Shown here in pieces: positions 37,237-47,701 of a DNA stretch of 64,000 bases. A program made the position numbers and the translations under genes. The DNA is from an uncultured Verrucomicrobia subdivision 3 bacterium (GTDB lineage: Bacteria > Verrucomicrobiota > Verrucomicrobiia > Limisphaerales > UBA8199). The notes beneath the pieces are model-generated. The model ran no database searches. It was not told where the DNA came from and saw only the letters and a list, made by a program, of their open reading frames with translations. The stretch lies in NCBI GenBank assembly GCA_903913865.1, contig CAIWMU010000234.1, forward strand, positions 5,058-69,057. The letters run 5' to 3'. The stretch's first letter is position 1. Each line of letters opens with the position of its first letter.

Positions 37237-37983
37237 TTATTTTCCGAGCAGTGCGGCAACCCCGAAGTCGCGGTTTAACTTCGCGATGAAGGTCAGCTTG
37301 ATCTCCTTCGGGCAGACGGCTTCGCAGGAACCGGTGACAGTGCAGCTTCCAAAGCCTTCCTTGTCCATCTGGGTGACCATCGCGAGTGCGCGGCGGTGTT
37401 TCTCCGGCTCACCCTGCGGCAGCAGGTTGAGGTGGGAAACCTTTGCGGCAACAAACAGCATTGCGGAGGCGTTCTTGCAGGCGGCCACGCAGGCACCGCA
37501 ACCGATGCAGGCGGCGGCATCCATCGCCCGGTCCGAGACCTCCTTCGAGATGGGCAGGGCATTGCCATCCGGCGTGCCACCGGTGTTCACCGAAACAAAT
37601 CCGCCCGCCTGAATGATCCGGTCAAAGGCGCTGCGGTTTGTCGCAACATCCTTGATGATCGGAAACGCCTTTGCACGCCAGGGTTCGATGGTGATGGTCT
37701 CCCCATCCTTGAACCGGCGCATGTGCAATTGGCAGGTGGCCGTGCCGGCATGTCCGCCATGGGGGATGCCGTTGATCACCAGCGAGCACATCCCGCAGAT
37801 GCCCTCGCGGCAGTCCGAATCAAAGGCGATCGGATCCTTCCCTGAACTGATCAATCCCTCGTTGACGACATCCAGCATTTCGAGGAACGACATGTCCTCG
37901 ATGATGTCGCGGGCGGGATAGGTCTCGAAGTGGCCTTCCGTCTGGCCGTTCTTTTGGCGCCAAACCTTGAGTGTCAAATTCAT
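37237..37983 (-). CDS. sdhB: Succinate dehydrogenase / fumarate reductase iron-sulfur subunit
   Basis: Cys clusters [20 protein letters not shown] and [12 protein letters not shown]. Confidence 0.9.
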   Translation of the reverse strand: MNLTLKVWRQKNGQTEGHFETYPARDIIEDMSFLEMLDVVNEGLISSGKDPIAFDSDCREGICGMCSLVINGIPHGGHAGTATCQLHMRRFKDGETITIEPWRAKAFPIIKDVATNRSAFDRIIQAGGFVSVNTGGTPDGNALPISKEVSDRAMDAAACIGCGACVAACKNASAMLFVAAKVSHLNLLPQGEPEKHRRALAMVTQMDKEGFGSCTVTGSCEAVCPKEIKLTFIAKLNRDFGVAALLGK

Positions 37984-39896
37984 TTATAACTCCGGGTGCT
38001 CATGTGGACTTCCGAATACTCCAGCGACTCCTTGTGCATCACCGGGGCCTTGCCTGCCCCCTGATATTCCCACGCCGCAACGTAGGCATACTTGTCGTCG
38101 TTCCGGGCCGCCTCGCCGTCGGGGGTCTGGAATTCCTCGCGGAAATGACCTCCGCACGATTCGTTCCGTTCCAGGGCGTCGAGGCACATCAATTCGCCGA
38201 ACTCCATGAAGTCGGCCACGCGCCCCGCATACTCCAGCGCCTGGTTGAACTCCATCGCCTCGCCGGTGACGTTGACCGTCTTCCAAAACTCCTCGCGCAA
38301 TTCCGGGATTCGTTTGAGCGCCTCCTTGAGGCCTTTCTCGTTGCGGGCCATGCCGCACTTTTCCCAGAGGAGCTTGCCCAGTTCCCGGTGCAGGGATGTG
38401 GGAGTGCGCTTGCCCTTCACTGAGAGCAGGCGCTCGGTGAACTTCCGAACGTCCTCCTCCACCTTCTTGAACTCCGTATGGCTGGTCGCCGGGCGTGTCT
38501 GTTTGCAGGTCGCAAAATAGTTCCCGATGGTGTAGGGCAGGACAAAATAGCCGTCCGCCAGACCCTGCATCAGGGCGCTCGCACCGAGGCGGTTTGCACC
38601 GTGATCAGAGAAGTTGGCCTCGCCGACCACGAACAGGCCGGGCAGCGAACTCATCAGGTTGTAATCCACCCAGGAACCGCCCATGGTGTAATGGACAGCC
38701 GGATAGATCCGCATCGGCACCTGATAGGCATTTTCACCGGTGATCTTCTCATACATGTCGAAAAGATTCCCGTAACGCTCGCGGATGACGTTCAGACTGA
38801 GGCGCTTGATCGCAGCAGAAAAATCGAGGTAAACACCGAGGGCTCCGGGGCCGACCCCGCGCCCGGAATCACAGGCCTCCTTTGCGGCGCGGGAGGAAAT
38901 GTCGCGCGGGGCAAGGTTGCCGTAGCTGGGGTATTTGCGCTCCAGATAATAATCGCGGTCATCCTCGGCGATGGAACCGGGCGCCTTGGTGCAATCCTCC
39001 TTGCGCTTGGGCACCCACACGCGCCCGTCGTTCCGCAGGGATTCGGACATCAGCGTGAGCTTCGACTGGTGGTCACCGCTCACAGGAATGCAGGTGGGAT
39101 GGATCTGGGTGTAACAAGGGTTGGCCAGATAGGCCCCCTTCTTGTAGGCACGCCAGATGGAGGTGACGTTGCAACCCTTGGCGTTGGTCGAGAGGAAGAA
39201 AACATTGCCGTAGCCGCCTGTGGCCAGAACCACCGCGTCTGCCGCATGGGAGGAGATTTCTCCGCTGACGAGATCGCGCACGACGATGCCCTTGGCGTGG
39301 CCGTCCACAACAACCACATCAACCATTTCGGTGCGGGGATACATCTTCACCGTCCCCATTCCGATCTGACGCGAAAGTGCCTGATAGGCACCCAGAAGCA
39401 ACTGCTGGCCAGTCTGACCCCTTGCATAAAAGGTGCGGGAGACCTGCGCTCCGCCGAAAGAGCGGTTGGAAAGCAGACCGCCGTATTCGCGGGCAAACGG
39501 AACACCCTGCGCAACACACTGGTCGATGATATTGACGCTGACCTGGGCGAGACGATGGACGTTTGCTTCACGGGCCCGGAAATCGCCACCTTTGATGGTG
39601 TCGTAAAACAGGCGGTGGACACTGTCACCGTCATTCTGATAGTTCTTGGCGGCGTTGATGCCGCCCTGCGCCGCGATGCTGTGGGCCCGCCTCGGGCTGT
39701 CCTGATAGCAGAAGCATTTGACCTTGTAGCCCAGTTCGCCGAGCGTGGCCGCTGCAGAGGCTCCCGCAAGGCCGCTTCCCACCACGATCACCTCGAATTT
39801 GCGCTTGTTGGCCGGGTTGACCAGCTTGAGCTCAAACTTATGCTTGTCCCACTTTTGCGCCAGTGGACCGGAGGGTATGTTGGATTCGAGAGCCAT
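37980..39896 (-). CDS. sdhA: Succinate dehydrogenase / fumarate reductase flavoprotein subunit
   Basis: FAD motif [28 protein letters not shown]...HYTMGG. 638 aa. Confidence 0.9.
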   Translation of the reverse strand: MALESNIPSGPLAQKWDKHKFELKLVNPANKRKFEVIVVGSGLAGASAAATLGELGYKVKCFCYQDSPRRAHSIAAQGGINAAKNYQNDGDSVHRLFYDTIKGGDFRAREANVHRLAQVSVNIIDQCVAQGVPFAREYGGLLSNRSFGGAQVSRTFYARGQTGQQLLLGAYQALSRQIGMGTVKMYPRTEMVDVVVVDGHAKGIVVRDLVSGEISSHAADAVVLATGGYGNVFFLSTNAKGCNVTSIWRAYKKGAYLANPCYTQIHPTCIPVSGDHQSKLTLMSESLRNDGRVWVPKRKEDCTKAPGSIAEDDRDYYLERKYPSYGNLAPRDISSRAAKEACDSGRGVGPGALGVYLDFSAAIKRLSLNVIRERYGNLFDMYEKITGENAYQVPMRIYPAVHYTMGGSWVDYNLMSSLPGLFVVGEANFSDHGANRLGASALMQGLADGYFVLPYTIGNYFATCKQTRPATSHTEFKKVEEDVRKFTERLLSVKGKRTPTSLHRELGKLLWEKCGMARNEKGLKEALKRIPELREEFWKTVNVTGEAMEFNQALEYAGRVADFMEFGELMCLDALERNESCGGHFREEFQTPDGEAARNDDKYAYVAAWEYQGAGKAPVMHKESLEYSEVHMSTRSYK

Positions 39897-39897
39897 A

Positions 39898-40608
39898 TTA
39901 CTTCAACGCTTCCTTTCCGAACTTGAACACCAGAATGGCCACCGGGATGGAGCTGTAGCCGATGAAAATCACCGTCGCGACCACTTTCGCACCACAGTCG
40001 ATGATCGGGCGGTAGGCGTCATTCTTCCAGCCAAGGGATTGAAACATGCTGCTCAGGCCGTGGCTCAGGTGCAGGCAGAGCAACCCCATGCTCAGCAGGT
40101 AGAACCCGGCGACCAGCGGCTGGTTGAAACCCACCACAATCATCTTGAAAATATCATGGTGATTGTTGGGATCCGTGAACCCGACAAAGTCCTGCCCCGT
40201 CAGGTTGATCGCCTTGCATTGGAAAGTGAAGTGGAGCAGGTGGTAGATGATGAAGCTCACCACGATCAGTCCCCCCATCACCATGGTGCGCGAGGCATAA
40301 GAGGCCGCCACCGGCTTGCTGTTGGCGTAGGCAACGGGGCGGGCTGCCCGGTTCTCAAGAGTGATTTGCATGGCGGACCAGAAGTGCAGGCCCACGAACA
40401 CCAGCAGGCCAATTCGCGCGGGCCAGATCAGCTCCGGGTTGGACTGCAGAAAATGTCCGTATCGATTGATCGCTTCCGGCCCGAGAAACACCTGCAGGTT
40501 CCCGACCATGTGCCCTATCACGAACAGAAACAGGCAACAGCCTGTGACCGCCATGATGTACTTTTTGCCCAGCGACGACTTAAACAAATATGCTATTATA
40601 TTATTCAT
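39898..40608 (-). CDS. sdhC: Succinate dehydrogenase cytochrome b subunit (b558-type)
   Basis: Five TM segments. N-terminal [31 protein letters not shown] is typical of the family. Internal ATG 40608 was chosen over track start 40809. Confidence 0.8.
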   Translation of the reverse strand: MNNIIAYLFKSSLGKKYIMAVTGCCLFLFVIGHMVGNLQVFLGPEAINRYGHFLQSNPELIWPARIGLLVFVGLHFWSAMQITLENRAARPVAYANSKPVAASYASRTMVMGGLIVVSFIIYHLLHFTFQCKAINLTGQDFVGFTDPNNHHDIFKMIVVGFNQPLVAGFYLLSMGLLCLHLSHGLSSMFQSLGWKNDAYRPIIDCGAKVVATVIFIGYSSIPVAILVFKFGKEALK

Positions 40609-40664
40609 GGGAGTTGCCCAAACGCACCTTCCGCGGTTCCCGCCTACCAGCAGTAACACGCTCG

Positions 40665-40692
40665 AATCTAGTGCGAACTCCAGCAACGTCAA
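40665..40692 (-). promoter_or_regulatory. Putative sigma-70-type promoter of sdhCAB (TTGACG-16 nt-TAGATT on the minus strand)
   Basis: Reverse complement reads TTGACG ttgctggagttcgcac TAGATT, about 55 nt upstream of ATG 40608. Pattern match only. Confidence 0.35.
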
Positions 40693-41110
40693 GGAACTAA
40701 ACTGATTCAGTTGGAAATTAGCAGAAATCACGTTAATAATTAGGGGAATTGCTTGCAGTCCTTTCTGAACCGGTGTGGTGGGTCGTTTTGGACCCGCTTC
40801 AGTGTGCATGCCTCAACAAGTCCTGAAAGAGGGCCCCGGGTAAGAGCCTCGTCGTCAAAGCAACCCGCTTGCAACAAGGAGCTTCTGGCACCCATCGCTC
40901 CGGGTCTTCGCAATGGAGCGCCACAAAGCCAACGGTCATGCCTCGACCTGACAGGTGCGTTACCAGCCAAGCCTTTGGGGAGTTGGATCAAGGGTTCGAA
41001 AATAGAAATTCAGGAACTGAACGTCTGTCATAATGTGGAAGGGGAGAATCCTGGTGCCACTGAGCTCGTAGGCTCTTGACCTGAAGGGCAGAATCCCACA
41101 GGGTCTTGGT

Positions 41111-41896
41111 ATGCGGAAGATCCGATCAGAGTCCGCCGCAGACCAAGCTGCGAGTGGCCAACTGTCAAAAGTGAGGACTGACCCCTTTTTACTACTCCTG
41201 ATAATCCTGTGGCTGGAATCCGGCTGTGCACCCACCCTGCCTCCCCGTCCGGAGCGCAGGCCTGATGTGGCGGCAATCCCATACCAGAGCAACGAAACGG
41301 TGGAGGAACAGTATGACCGCCGCCTGTGCTCAGTGATCGGACAGCACTGGCTGAATTTGCTGGCCGCCACCCGGGAGGCGCACACTCACGACACGGTCAT
41401 GGTGTCTTTCATCCTCAGGGATACCGGCATGGTCGATGACCTCCAAGTCGCCGAACCGCCCGGCAGCAAGGTTTCAGCCCTTCTTTGCCTTAAAGCGGTT
41501 CAGGAGACGGCCCCCTTTCCTGCCTGGCCTGCCTCAATGCGGAAACTGTTGGGAAACCGGCGGGCACTCCTATTCTCTTTTCAGTTCGATGCACAAGAGC
41601 AGGGCTACCTCTCCTATTGGGACCAGAGTGATCTGGCTGCTGCGGGGGCTGCGGGCACAGTGTTCGTGCCGGGTGAAAAGGGGCCACTCTCCTCCGCAAC
41701 GCGCCCATGGAGGTTGACGACCCTGCCATCCAGTCCGCCCAGGGTGAGACCGCGGCAGGTCTGGTCTCCCGGCTACATGGGCTTTTATAACGATCTCTAT
41801 GAAAACTATCACAGGTGGGCTGAGCCCCTCATGCCACCTGTCTGGATGCCGCCCGTCCACATTCCTCCGCCGAATATGGGCCCGGGGCCGAAATGA
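41111..41896 (+). CDS. Lipoprotein with possible TonB-C-like domain and Pro-rich tail
   Basis: Lipobox LLLLIILWLESGC. The central ...VMVSFILRDTGMVDDLQVAEPPGSKVSALLCLKAVQETAPFPAWP resembles a TonB C-terminal fold. The C-terminus is Pro-rich. Confidence 0.5.
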   Translation: MRKIRSESAADQAASGQLSKVRTDPFLLLLIILWLESGCAPTLPPRPERRPDVAAIPYQSNETVEEQYDRRLCSVIGQHWLNLLAATREAHTHDTVMVSFILRDTGMVDDLQVAEPPGSKVSALLCLKAVQETAPFPAWPASMRKLLGNRRALLFSFQFDAQEQGYLSYWDQSDLAAAGAAGTVFVPGEKGPLSSATRPWRLTTLPSSPPRVRPRQVWSPGYMGFYNDLYENYHRWAEPLMPPVWMPPVHIPPPNMGPGPK

Positions 41897-41974
41897 GCTT
41901 GGCTTGACGTCCCCCGCCCATGGGGGGATAGACTTAGGAAGTCAGGCGGTCAGCTGTTTGGCAGGCTGCCCTGA

Positions 41975-43000
41975 ATGAACCCGCTGTTTCGTATGAAGAA
42001 TGTCCTTTATTGTCTGTTGATGCTGGTGTTTTCGGGTTCGTCACCGGCACAGGAACCGGCGAACACCAACGCCAGTCCCCGGGCCCGGGAAGTTCTGCGC
42101 TACATGCAGCAGCTTGAAGGTCGCAAGGACAACCGTGTGCTTTCGGGCCAGTTCCTCAATTTTGGTGAACCTTGCAACCTCCGTCTGGTTGAACAGATCC
42201 ATGAGCGCACCGGCAAATGGCCTGCCATTGCGGGGGTTGATTATGCCGATTTTCCACATGGGGGTATCACAACGAAGGGGCCGAATCAGGCTGCCATAGC
42301 CTGGTGGAAATCCGGCGGATTGGTCTCCCTGAGTGCCCACATGTATAACCCCGCCAATCCGGCCGGGGGCGGTCTGAGGGACAAGGGGGTCGGGATGGAT
42401 TCCCTGCTCAAGGAGGGAACAGAAACGCACCAGCGCTGGATGAAGCAGCTGGATGAGATCGCGGTGGGCTTGCAGGAGCTGGAGTCGGCCGGGGTGGTCA
42501 CCCTCTGGCGTCCCTTCCATGAGATGAACGGGGGATGGTTCTGGTGGGGGGCGAAGGATCCTGAAGCATTCAAGCGGGTATGGCACCACATGTTCGATTA
42601 CTACACCCGGGTCAAAAAGCTCAACAACCTTCTATGGGTCTACGGACCCAACAAGGGGCCTGCCACAGCCGATTACTACCCCGGCGACACCTTCGCAGAT
42701 GTTCTCGGCATTGATGCCTACACGGATTTCGTGGACACCGAGACCATCCGGGGCTTCGCGGATCTGGCAAAAATCCGCAAGCCCATCGGTTTCAGCGAAT
42801 ATGGCCCCCACGCCTCAAGCAACCCTCCAGGAGATTTTGACTACCGCCGTTTGATCGCTGGCTTCAAAAAAGACTTTCCCAGGGTCACCTTCTTCATGAG
42901 CTGGAACTCGAATTGGAGTCTGGCCACCAACCAGTTCACCCGGGAACTGATGGCCGACGAGTGGGTTGTGGACCGCGAGGAACTTCCGAAGTTCAAGTAG
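41975..43000 (+). CDS. Glycoside hydrolase family 26 (beta-mannanase-like), secreted
   Basis: Signal peptide. LWRPFHEMNGGWFWWG and ...VLGIDAY... are GH26 signatures. Confidence 0.85.
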   Translation: MNPLFRMKNVLYCLLMLVFSGSSPAQEPANTNASPRAREVLRYMQQLEGRKDNRVLSGQFLNFGEPCNLRLVEQIHERTGKWPAIAGVDYADFPHGGITTKGPNQAAIAWWKSGGLVSLSAHMYNPANPAGGGLRDKGVGMDSLLKEGTETHQRWMKQLDEIAVGLQELESAGVVTLWRPFHEMNGGWFWWGAKDPEAFKRVWHHMFDYYTRVKKLNNLLWVYGPNKGPATADYYPGDTFADVLGIDAYTDFVDTETIRGFADLAKIRKPIGFSEYGPHASSNPPGDFDYRRLIAGFKKDFPRVTFFMSWNSNWSLATNQFTRELMADEWVVDREELPKFK

Positions 43001-43010
43001 GAGGAAAAGC

Positions 43011-43757
43011 TCAGAGCACAAGCCTGGCGGCGGCGATGACGGTGAGGACGAGGGCCGTGCGCTCGAAGACCTTCTGGTTCATGCGCTTGAGGAGGATGGG
43101 TCCGAGGAGGGCACCCGGGATCATCGGCAGGACAAGCATGGCGTCCATCACAAGCGATGAGCTGTTGATCAGGCCGAGATTGAGGCTGAAGGGGACCTTG
43201 AAGGCATTCACCAGCATGAAGAACCACGCACCGGTGCCGACGAACACCAGTTTGGGCAGACCGGCGGAGAGGAAATAGAGTGTCATGACAGGGCCAGCCG
43301 CGTTCGCCACCATGGTGGTGAAGCCCGCAAGGATGCCGCTGATGGCCGGAAACCATGCGGCATGGGTCAGGTTGGCGTTTTCAACACTGCCGGAACGTTG
43401 CCTCAAAACGTGAACCCCCACCATGCTGATCAGGATCCAGCCAATCAATCGGGCGATGGCTGTGTTGTTGATGTGGCCAAGGGCGAAATAACCGAGAACC
43501 ACTCCCGGGATGACCCATGGAAAAAGCTTTCCAAGATGTTGCCAGCTGGCGTGTTTTCGAAAGAAAGCCACACCAAACACATCCGCACAAATCAGCAGGG
43601 GCAGCAATGCCCCCGTGGACTCACGGGGGGGAAGGGCGTTGGCGAAAAGGGCCACCGCCAGCACCCCCAATCCCGCTATCCCGGTCTTTGAAAGACCGGT
43701 GGTGAACGCGCCCAACCCGAGCAGAACCCATTGCCATGTGGCCAAATGCATTGCCAA
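43011..43757 (-). CDS. TauE/SafE (TSUP) family membrane transporter
   Basis: About eight TM segments with Gly-rich motifs ...GLSKTGIAGLGVLAV... and ...AGFTTMVANAAGPVM... Confidence 0.85.
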   Translation of the reverse strand: MAMHLATWQWVLLGLGAFTTGLSKTGIAGLGVLAVALFANALPPRESTGALLPLLICADVFGVAFFRKHASWQHLGKLFPWVIPGVVLGYFALGHINNTAIARLIGWILISMVGVHVLRQRSGSVENANLTHAAWFPAISGILAGFTTMVANAAGPVMTLYFLSAGLPKLVFVGTGAWFFMLVNAFKVPFSLNLGLINSSSLVMDAMLVLPMIPGALLGPILLKRMNQKVFERTALVLTVIAAARLVL

Positions 43758-44017
43758 TACTGCTTCGCGCAGCCGGCAGGTGCAATCCCTGATCCGACAC
43801 GCGAAACTTGAGTTCCTCAGTTGTGGGAGAATCTGTGAAAGAAAGTCTGTTCAGGGTGGATGAGGCGTCCTCGAAAGCGACTCAGACCTTGCCCGGTGGG
43901 TCGCGTGTTCAACACTCGTAGGAGGAATAAACACAAGCAGAAGGGTATTTTTGCTATGGAATGTAGTACATTTATGCTATTTTTATCAGAACTCAGGGTA
44001 AATGAACAAATCGCGAT

Positions 44018-44046
44018 ATGACAAATCGCGCTCCGTGCGCTAGTAT
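44018..44046 (+). promoter_or_regulatory. Putative sigma-70-type promoter of the small ORF (ATGACA-17 nt-TAGTAT)
   Basis: Lies at the edge of the most AT-rich patch I noticed in the window. The -35 is overlapped by the direct repeat CAAATCGCG x2 (44006..44014 and 44022..44030). ATG 44066 lies 19 nt after the -10. Confidence 0.35.
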
Positions 44047-44065
44047 GAACGCGTAGACCAGCGAC

Positions 44066-44311
44066 ATGAAAAGTAAGAAAAGCGAAGTGGCAAAGCTCGA
44101 GGCGGAACTTGTAAGGCTCAACGCACTCGTGCGGGCCCGGCGGCAAACCCTCCTGCGTCTCCAGACCTGTCCACACAAGACTTGTGAGTGCCGCATCCTG
44201 TGGCAGAGCGAGACTGAAAAGACGCTCGCTCTGCAGGTCGGCAAGGTGCGTAAAGTGGTCGTCAATGGATCGTCCACGAAGTCATCCCCAAAAGTCATTG
44301 ACGGGCGCTGA
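44066..44311 (+). CDS. Small hypothetical protein (81 aa), N-terminal coiled-coil, CPHKTCEC motif
   Basis: Third-codon positions are mostly G/C, as in neighbouring genes (hand count). A promoter-like element lies upstream. No family recognised. Confidence 0.4.
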   Translation: MKSKKSEVAKLEAELVRLNALVRARRQTLLRLQTCPHKTCECRILWQSETEKTLALQVGKVRKVVVNGSSTKSSPKVIDGR

Positions 44312-44374
44312 GCGTCTGATCCGAAGGTGCCCCCTGCCTCCCCCGGTTTCTCCAATTTGGAATTAGTCCAAATA

Positions 44375-44402
44375 TTGACAGCCTTTGAACCTGCGCTAGG
44401 TT
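44375..44402 (+). promoter_or_regulatory. Putative promoter of the Fur-family gene (TTGACA-16 nt-TAGGTT)
   Basis: Perfect -35 with a weak -10. The -10 ends 8 nt before TTG 44411 and 11 nt before ATG 44414, implying a leaderless or near-leaderless mRNA. Confidence 0.3.
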
Positions 44403-44410
44403 AGCGCCGT

Positions 44411-44869
44411 TTGATGAACCAGACGACGGATCAGACGGCTGAACCCCTGTTGAACGAGCGGTTGGCGACGAGCGGTTTTCGTTTTACCCCGCAGCGTCAG
44501 AGCGTTTATGCTGTGCTGCTATCTGAGAGGGACCACCCGACGGCTGAGGATGTCTTCATCCGGGCCAAACGCGAGATGCCGGAGATTTCTCTGGCAACGG
44601 TTTACAACTGTCTTGAGGCGTTTGTGAAGTGTGGTCTGGCGCGGCAGGTGACGGTGGAGCGTGGCGCGGCCCGTTTTTGCCCCAATATGAGGGAGCACAG
44701 CCACTTTTACTGTGATGTTTGCGTCCGGGTTTTTGATCTCCCACTGAGTGGCGAGGTGGCCCGGGATCTGCCTCCCGGCTTCCGGGCAGTCCGGGTGGAT
44801 TTAACCATTCACGGCAGCTGTCCGGATTGTGAATCTGCGGCTGGTTTGACCCCTGCTGGGGAGCCCTGA
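44411..44869 (+). CDS. Fur-family metalloregulator (Fur/PerR/Zur type)
   Basis: [26 protein letters not shown]...[18 protein letters not shown] winged helix. HSHFYCDVC and HGSCPDC form two CxxC pairs. The start may be ATG 44414. Confidence 0.85.
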   Translation: MMNQTTDQTAEPLLNERLATSGFRFTPQRQSVYAVLLSERDHPTAEDVFIRAKREMPEISLATVYNCLEAFVKCGLARQVTVERGAARFCPNMREHSHFYCDVCVRVFDLPLSGEVARDLPPGFRAVRVDLTIHGSCPDCESAAGLTPAGEP

Positions 44870-44891
44870 GTTTTGTCAGTTTTTTTGCATC

Positions 44892-46340
44892 ATGAGCACG
44901 GCAACCGAGACCATTGAAGGCCTGGTAAAATCGGAATACAAATATGGATTCTTCACTGATGTGGAGACCGAGTCCGCCCCCCCGGGGCTGAACGAGGACA
45001 TCATCCAGTTGATTTCCAAGAAGAAGAACGAGCCCGAGTTCATGCTGAACTGGCGGCTCAAGGCCTACCGCCATTGGCTCACCTTGAAGGAGCCGACCTG
45101 GCCCCACGTCAAATACCCGCCGATCGATTACCAGAAGTCCGTTTACTATTCCGCCCCGAAGAAAAAGGGGGACGGGCCAAAGAGTCTCGACGAGGTGGAT
45201 CCCAAGCTTCTGGAAACCTATGAGAAGCTTGGCATACCCCTCAAGGAGCGGGAGCGGCTGGCCGGTGTGGCCGTGGACGCCGTGTTTGATAGCGTCTCGG
45301 TGGGCACCACATTCAAGGAGAAGCTCGGTGAAAAGGGCATCATTTTCTGCTCCTTCAGCGAGGCTGTTCACAACCATCCGGAGCTGATACAGAAGTATCT
45401 GGGGTCGGTCGTGCCGCCTGGGGACAATTATTTTGCCGCGCTGAATGCCGCCGTGTTCAGCGATGGCTCCTTCTGTTACATCCCGAAAGGGGTGCGCTGC
45501 CCGATGGAGCTTTCGACCTACTTCCGCATCAACGCCGCCAACACGGGGCAGTTCGAGCGGACCTTGATCATCGCCGATGAAGGCTCCCACGTGAGCTATC
45601 TCGAGGGTTGTACCGCGCCGATGCGGGATGAGCATCAATTGCATGCCGCCGTGGTCGAGTTGATCGCCATGGAGAATGCCGAGATCAAATATTCCACCGT
45701 CCAGAACTGGTATCCGGGGGATGAGAACGGCAAGGGGGGCATCTACAACTTCGTGACCAAGCGCGGGGTCTGCAAGGGCAAGCGCTCGAAGATCTCGTGG
45801 ACTCAGGTGGAGACCGGCTCCGCCATCACCTGGAAATATCCCAGCTGCATTCTGCTTGGTGACAATTCCGTGGGGGAATTCTATTCGGTGGCCGTCACCA
45901 ATAACTACCAGCAGGCGGATACCGGCACCAAGATGGTTCATGTGGGCAAAAACACCCGCAGCACGATCATCAGCAAGGGCATCTCTGCCGGGCATGGCCA
46001 GAACAGCTACCGCGGCCAGGTCAAGATGCTGAAGAGCGCGACCAATGCACGGAACTTTTCACAGTGCGACTCGCTCCTGCTTGGGGATAAATGCGGGGCG
46101 CACACGTTCCCCTACATTGAGGTGAAGAACACGACGTCGCGAATCGAGCACGAGGCCTCCACCTCGAAGATCGGTGAGGACCAGATCTTCTATTGCAACC
46201 AGCGCGGACTCTCCACGCAGGACGCGGTAAACATGATCGTGAACGGCTTCTGCAAAGAGGTCTTTCGCGAACTGCCGATGGAGTTTGCTGTTGAAGCCCA
46301 GAAACTCCTCGGCGTAAGCCTTGAGGGAAGCGTCGGCTGA
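44892..46340 (+). CDS. sufB: Fe-S cluster assembly protein SufB
   Basis: Highly conserved blocks ...[21 protein letters not shown]..., [43 protein letters not shown]. Confidence 0.95.
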   Translation: MSTATETIEGLVKSEYKYGFFTDVETESAPPGLNEDIIQLISKKKNEPEFMLNWRLKAYRHWLTLKEPTWPHVKYPPIDYQKSVYYSAPKKKGDGPKSLDEVDPKLLETYEKLGIPLKERERLAGVAVDAVFDSVSVGTTFKEKLGEKGIIFCSFSEAVHNHPELIQKYLGSVVPPGDNYFAALNAAVFSDGSFCYIPKGVRCPMELSTYFRINAANTGQFERTLIIADEGSHVSYLEGCTAPMRDEHQLHAAVVELIAMENAEIKYSTVQNWYPGDENGKGGIYNFVTKRGVCKGKRSKISWTQVETGSAITWKYPSCILLGDNSVGEFYSVAVTNNYQQADTGTKMVHVGKNTRSTIISKGISAGHGQNSYRGQVKMLKSATNARNFSQCDSLLLGDKCGAHTFPYIEVKNTTSRIEHEASTSKIGEDQIFYCNQRGLSTQDAVNMIVNGFCKEVFRELPMEFAVEAQKLLGVSLEGSVG

Positions 46341-46368
46341 TTCCCGGACCTGGAAAAACCATTTAAGC

Positions 46369-47142
46369 ATGAGCACACAACCTATTCTCGAAATCAAAGA
46401 TCTCCACGCCGGAGTGGATGGCAAACAGATCCTGAAAGGCATCAACCTTACCATTCAACCCGGGTCGGTCCATGCCGTCATGGGCCCCAACGGCAGCGGG
46501 AAGAGCACCCTTGCCGCCGTGCTGGCCGGGCGCGATGGCTACGAGGTCACCAGCGGCAAGGTTCTCTACAACGGCATCGACCTTCTGGAACTGGCCCCTG
46601 AGGAGCGCGCCCGCGAGGGATTGTTTCTGGCCTTCCAATATCCTATTGAGATCCCGGGTGTGAACAGCACCTACTTCCTCAAATCGGCCCTGAACGAAAT
46701 CCGCAAGCACAAGGGCATGTCCGAGCTGGATGCCATGGAGTTCCTGACCCTGGTTAAGGAGAAGATGAAAATTCTGGAGTTGAGCGAGGATCTCCTCCGC
46801 CGCTCCGTCAACGAGGGCTTCTCCGGTGGCGAGAAAAAGCGGAACGAAATCTTCCAGATGGCCGTGCTCGAACCGAAGCTGGCAATTCTGGATGAAACCG
46901 ATTCCGGTCTGGATATTGATGCCCTCCGCATCGTCTCGACCGGGGTGAACAAACTTCGCAGGGCGGATTCCGCCCAGCTGGTCATCACCCATTATCAGCG
47001 CCTTCTTGATTACATCGTCCCTGATTTTGTCCATGTCCTTTCGAATGGGCGCATCGTGAGGACGGGTGACAAGGCTCTGGCCCTCGAACTCGAGGAAAAG
47101 GGCTACGACTGGCTCGTCCGGCCCGAACCGGCCAAGGCCTGA
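46369..47142 (+). CDS. sufC: Fe-S cluster assembly ATPase SufC
   Basis: LEIKDLHAGVDGKQILKGINL, Walker A GPNGSGKST, FSGGEKKRNEIFQM, AILDETDSGLDIDAL. Confidence 0.95.
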   Translation: MSTQPILEIKDLHAGVDGKQILKGINLTIQPGSVHAVMGPNGSGKSTLAAVLAGRDGYEVTSGKVLYNGIDLLELAPEERAREGLFLAFQYPIEIPGVNSTYFLKSALNEIRKHKGMSELDAMEFLTLVKEKMKILELSEDLLRRSVNEGFSGGEKKRNEIFQMAVLEPKLAILDETDSGLDIDALRIVSTGVNKLRRADSAQLVITHYQRLLDYIVPDFVHVLSNGRIVRTGDKALALELEEKGYDWLVRPEPAKA

Positions 47143-47215
47143 TCCATTGGAATTCCACGCGGAATCTTTCCAATCCCGGTGGATGGGGACATTTCGCGGT
47201 TTCCCCCCGGGCGGG

Positions 47216-47665
47216 TCAAGCCACCTGACCCGGATCCCGGGGCTCTATGGTTTCGGGAACTGAAAACCGGTTGCGAATGTCCGGGCCAACGCGGGTGACC
47301 CTTCCGGTGCGGAGGTCGATGGGACACCACAGGGAAAGGGCGCGGCAGAGCACCTTCAGATCGCTCTTTCGAACAATTTCCGTATAGCGCTCGAAGAGGT
47401 TCCGCCGGGCGGCACCCACCCAGGTGCGGGCGATGATCTCATCACCCAGACGGGCTGAGGATTTGTAGTCGATCTCGTGGCGCACAACCACCCAGGCGAC
47501 CGCCTCCTGCTGCTCCGGAGTGGCCGCCGCCTCCCAATGGGCGGTGGCGGCGTCCTGCACCCAGCGCACGTAAACCACGTTGTTCACGTGGCCCATCATG
47601 TCGATATCGGCAGGCAGGATCTGGATGGGAAGTTCGAATCGTTCCTGTGCAAGGTCGGATGCCAT
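47216..47665 (-). CDS. Acyl-CoA thioesterase, hotdog fold (YbgC/4HBT-like)
   Basis: ADIDMMGHVNNVVYVRWVQDAATAHW is typical of 4HBT thioesterases. 149 aa. Confidence 0.8.
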   Translation of the reverse strand: MASDLAQERFELPIQILPADIDMMGHVNNVVYVRWVQDAATAHWEAAATPEQQEAVAWVVVRHEIDYKSSARLGDEIIARTWVGAARRNLFERYTEIVRKSDLKVLCRALSLWCPIDLRTGRVTRVGPDIRNRFSVPETIEPRDPGQVA

Positions 47666-47701
47666 GGGGGATGCCTTTCTGTGGGTTTGAACGGTCTGGC
47701 T

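Noticed and set aside
41030-41070. Cobalamin-riboswitch-like string GGAAGGGGAGAATCCTGGTGCCACTGAG (GCCACTG resembles the B12 box) upstream of a TonB-C-like lipoprotein gene.
   Set aside because: Too compact. The GGTG...AATCC...CCCGCCACTG core spacing and the surrounding helices of the cobalamin aptamer are missing. GAGAATCC is part of a local direct repeat also seen in the family A module. An Rfam scan would settle it.
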